DNA from: a virus
Lineage: Duplodnaviria > Caudoviricetes
Reading direction: 5' to 3' (one strand)
IMG/VR virus record: IMGVR_UViG_3300047160_035177
Coordinates: 209-64,208 of that record
Length of the DNA: 64,000 bases
Shown: piece by piece, positions 62,184-64,000 of the stretch
Layout: each line of letters opens with the position of its first letter
Numbering within the stretch: position 1 is the first letter of the stretch
Notes under the pieces: generated by a model
What the model saw: the letters and a program-made list of their open reading frames with translations, nothing else
Database searches by the model: none
Told to the model about the DNA's origin: nothing
Program-made: the position numbers and the translations under genes

Positions 62184-63740
62184 TTACCCGATGCCGACCG
62201 AATCCAGCGTGCCTTGGAGCTGCTGAGCGCGCTGAATGAGCAGGCTCGCCACGAACGGGTCGTTAGCGGCAGCGCCTGCCTTCTTGAGGGCCATGTCACC
62301 AGCGACGCCGCGAGCCCCAGCGGCAGCCGGCGCCACCGCGGTTCCCGAAGCGGTCACGCCCGGAGCCGGCATGGTGCCCGGGAAGTAAGGCGACGGAAGT
62401 GGGCATGGGCTGGTGCTGGTCGGCCATGCACACCCGTACTGGCAAGTGCCAAGACCGGCTCCGTGCCCACAAGTGCCTCCAAGGCCTGCGGTGCCAGTCG
62501 GCGCCAACGCACCCGGAGCGGGTGGCGTGACGGCCGGAGGCAACGCAGAGCCCGGGAAGTACGGCGAGGGCAACGGACACGGCGAAGTGCTGGTCGGCCA
62601 AGCGCAGCCGTATTGGCAGGTACCAAGCCCTGCGCCATGGTCGCAGAGTCCGCCGAGCCCGGCCATGGGCGATCCGTAGATCGCGTTGCCGAGAACGCCA
62701 CCCTTACCGGGGCCGAGCCCGACCATCGGCAGCACGATGCCGAGAACGTCTTCGACAAAGTGCAGCGCCGCACCGAGAGCGATCAGCTCCCGATTCGAGC
62801 GCCAAGCCGAAGGCGTCCAGTTCTGTCCGCCAGCCCACCACAGAGCGCCCGTGGTGATCGCCGAGACGACCGGAGGAGCCCACTTCGAGGCGCTGATCGA
62901 CGGAGCGGCCTTGGCAAGCTGGGTAGTACCCCAGCTCGACAGAGCGCGTGCGCCGATGAGACCAATGGAGGCGATTGCTGCCTTCTTGGTCAGATCGACG
63001 AAACGACCCGTCGGGTTGGCGCTCCGCATCTCATACGACCGTCGGTGCCGTCGCCGGCGCTCTGAAGGCATGTACGAGGAGTACGGACGGCCAAGAGCCG
63101 TAAACTCGCGGCTCCGCCGATGACGCCGCCTGCGGCGCTCGCCTACAGCCTCACGGGACCGTCGCCGCGACCGGCGCCGCCGACGCTCGCCCATGAAGAA
63201 CGGGAGAAACTCGCGCGACCGACGCCGCGCCCGTCGACGCGACCGTCGCCGCCTCCGGCGCTCACCGAGCCCGAAGAAACTCGCCAGAGTTTCCCGGCTT
63301 CGCCGCCTTCGGCGCCGCTCGCCCGTTCGCCGAGACCGACGCCTTCGGCGCCGCTCACCAGCGCGCATCGTCTCGCGCGACCGGCGCCGACGTCGACGCT
63401 CGGAAGCAACAACTTCACGCGACCGCCGACGCCGCTTGCGCGACCGCCTCCGGCGACGCTCCGAAAGATCACCTGCGACGGCTTCTCGCGACCGGCGCCG
63501 ACGACGCCGACGGCGCTCTGCTAGCGCCTGAAATGCTGCCATGGCCATGCGATTCTCCTTTGGTCGATAACGACGACGTTCACCGAGGGTTATCGGTCCA
63601 TCTGGCGGATAAACCAGCGTGGCCGTTGTGACGCCTCCTATCACCGCGTCTGCGGGTAGCGCGTCACGATAACGCCGTCTGCGTTTACGCACGTTGATCA
63701 CGTTACGTGGATGGGGGAAAGCGTCAAGAGAAAATTTCAA
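62184..63740 (-). CDS. Protamine-like Arg-repeat core protein fused to hydrophobic and Cys-repeat regions
   Basis: About 10 xERRRRR(R)SR blocks; hydrophobic helices; duplicated GLGTCQYGCAWPTSTSPCPLPSPYFPG. Start uncertain: TTG 63740, GTG 63692, or ATG 63548 with AAGGAG RBS. Confidence 0.8.
   Translation of the reverse strand: MKFSLDAFPHPRNVINVRKRRRRYRDALPADAVIGGVTTATLVYPPDGPITLGERRRYRPKENRMAMAAFQALAERRRRRRRRSREAVAGDLSERRRRRSRKRRRRSREVVASERRRRRRSRETMRAGERRRRRRSRRTGERRRRRRSRETLASFFGLGERRRRRRSRRRARRRSREFLPFFMGERRRRRSRRRSREAVGERRRRRHRRSREFTALGRPYSSYMPSERRRRHRRSYEMRSANPTGRFVDLTKKAAIASIGLIGARALSSWGTTQLAKAAPSISASKWAPPVVSAITTGALWWAGGQNWTPSAWRSNRELIALGAALHFVEDVLGIVLPMVGLGPGKGGVLGNAIYGSPMAGLGGLCDHGAGLGTCQYGCAWPTSTSPCPLPSPYFPGSALPPAVTPPAPGALAPTGTAGLGGTCGHGAGLGTCQYGCAWPTSTSPCPLPSPYFPGTMPAPGVTASGTAVAPAAAGARGVAGDMALKKAGAAANDPFVASLLIQRAQQLQGTLDSVGIG
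62381..62665 (-). repeat. Duplicated Cys/Pro-rich coding repeat of about 37 aa
   Basis: Two nearly identical peptides encoded with many synonymous DNA differences. Confidence 0.85.
63028..63521 (-). repeat. Poly-Arg coding repeat array
   Basis: Repeated (G/S/A)ERRRRRRSRE units. Confidence 0.9.
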
Positions 63741-63811
63741 CGATTACTGATGCTTACATTGAGAATCGAGTCGTGTACGTTGAATCGCTAGCAATTATCG
63801 ACGTTTGGGGA

Positions 63812-64000
63812 TCATCCCGTGATCATTCCCGTGGAATCCAAGCCCAGAAATCCGCCTTGGATCACTGCAACGGGATGGCCGTCCATCGAAACAGCGAGGA
63901 GTTTTTTGCCTTCGGGATCCCACGCCAAGAGACACGGATCGATGGCGCAGATCTCGTCTACGTCTTCGGAGATCGCGTCATCGACATCTTTCCGTTCGTA
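63812..64000 (-). CDS. 3' part of a protein entering from the right edge (YERKDVDD...LAWDPEGKKL...QGGFLGLDSTGMITG*)
   Basis: Own translation: 62 codons plus TGA, first codon starts exactly at 64000. Confidence 0.7.
   Translation of the reverse strand, partial: YERKDVDDAISEDVDEICAIDPCLLAWDPEGKKLLAVSMDGHPVAVIQGGFLGLDSTGMITG

Larger units (their letters stand above)
1..64000. mobile_element. Putative complete or near-complete circular genome of a tailless, probably membrane-containing, temperate bacterial virus
   Basis: Phage-type replication genes, dense translationally coupled operons, no housekeeping genes, in-frame ORF continuity across the window ends, no recognisable head-tail genes. Confidence 0.8.

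Noticed and set aside
1-64000. tRNA, rRNA or tmRNA genes
   Set aside because: No T-loop or cloverleaf signatures noticed, and intergenic gaps are mostly too short; tRNAscan-SE or ARAGORN would be decisive

Overview
The window looks like a complete or nearly complete circular dsDNA genome of a GC-rich bacterial virus (roughly 55-60% GC by eye). A single minus-strand ORF runs off position 1 and resumes in frame at position 64000. The replication module resembles that of tailed phages: DUF3987-type protein next to a repeat-rich origin, SNF2 helicase, Cas4-like nuclease, Sak4-like ATPase, SSB, and a UDG-fused family A polymerase split in two by a dam gene. The roughly 19 kb structural module spanning the junction shows no terminase, portal, HK97 capsid, tail gene or FtsK/A32 packaging ATPase that I can recognise. 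It instead has several beta-rich, possibly jelly-roll capsid candidates, a protamine-like Arg-repeat membrane protein, many Cys-rich tail-anchored membrane proteins, and a transglutaminase-fold Cys protease. About 20 of these proteins share an (G/A/S/P)LG-(Q/A/E) motif that may be a maturation cleavage site. Other content: a protein resembling a conserved giant-virus family, collagen fibres with an N-terminal ICC motif, a glycosylation island, kinase and phosphatase, sigma factor, SWIB, DnaJ, thioredoxin, a CDGSH Fe-S protein missing from the ORF track, tyrosine recombinase, ParB, two muralytic enzymes, a structured ncRNA candidate and widespread leaderless promoters. The host is probably a myxobacterium (inference). 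All family assignments come from motif recognition; no database search was run.
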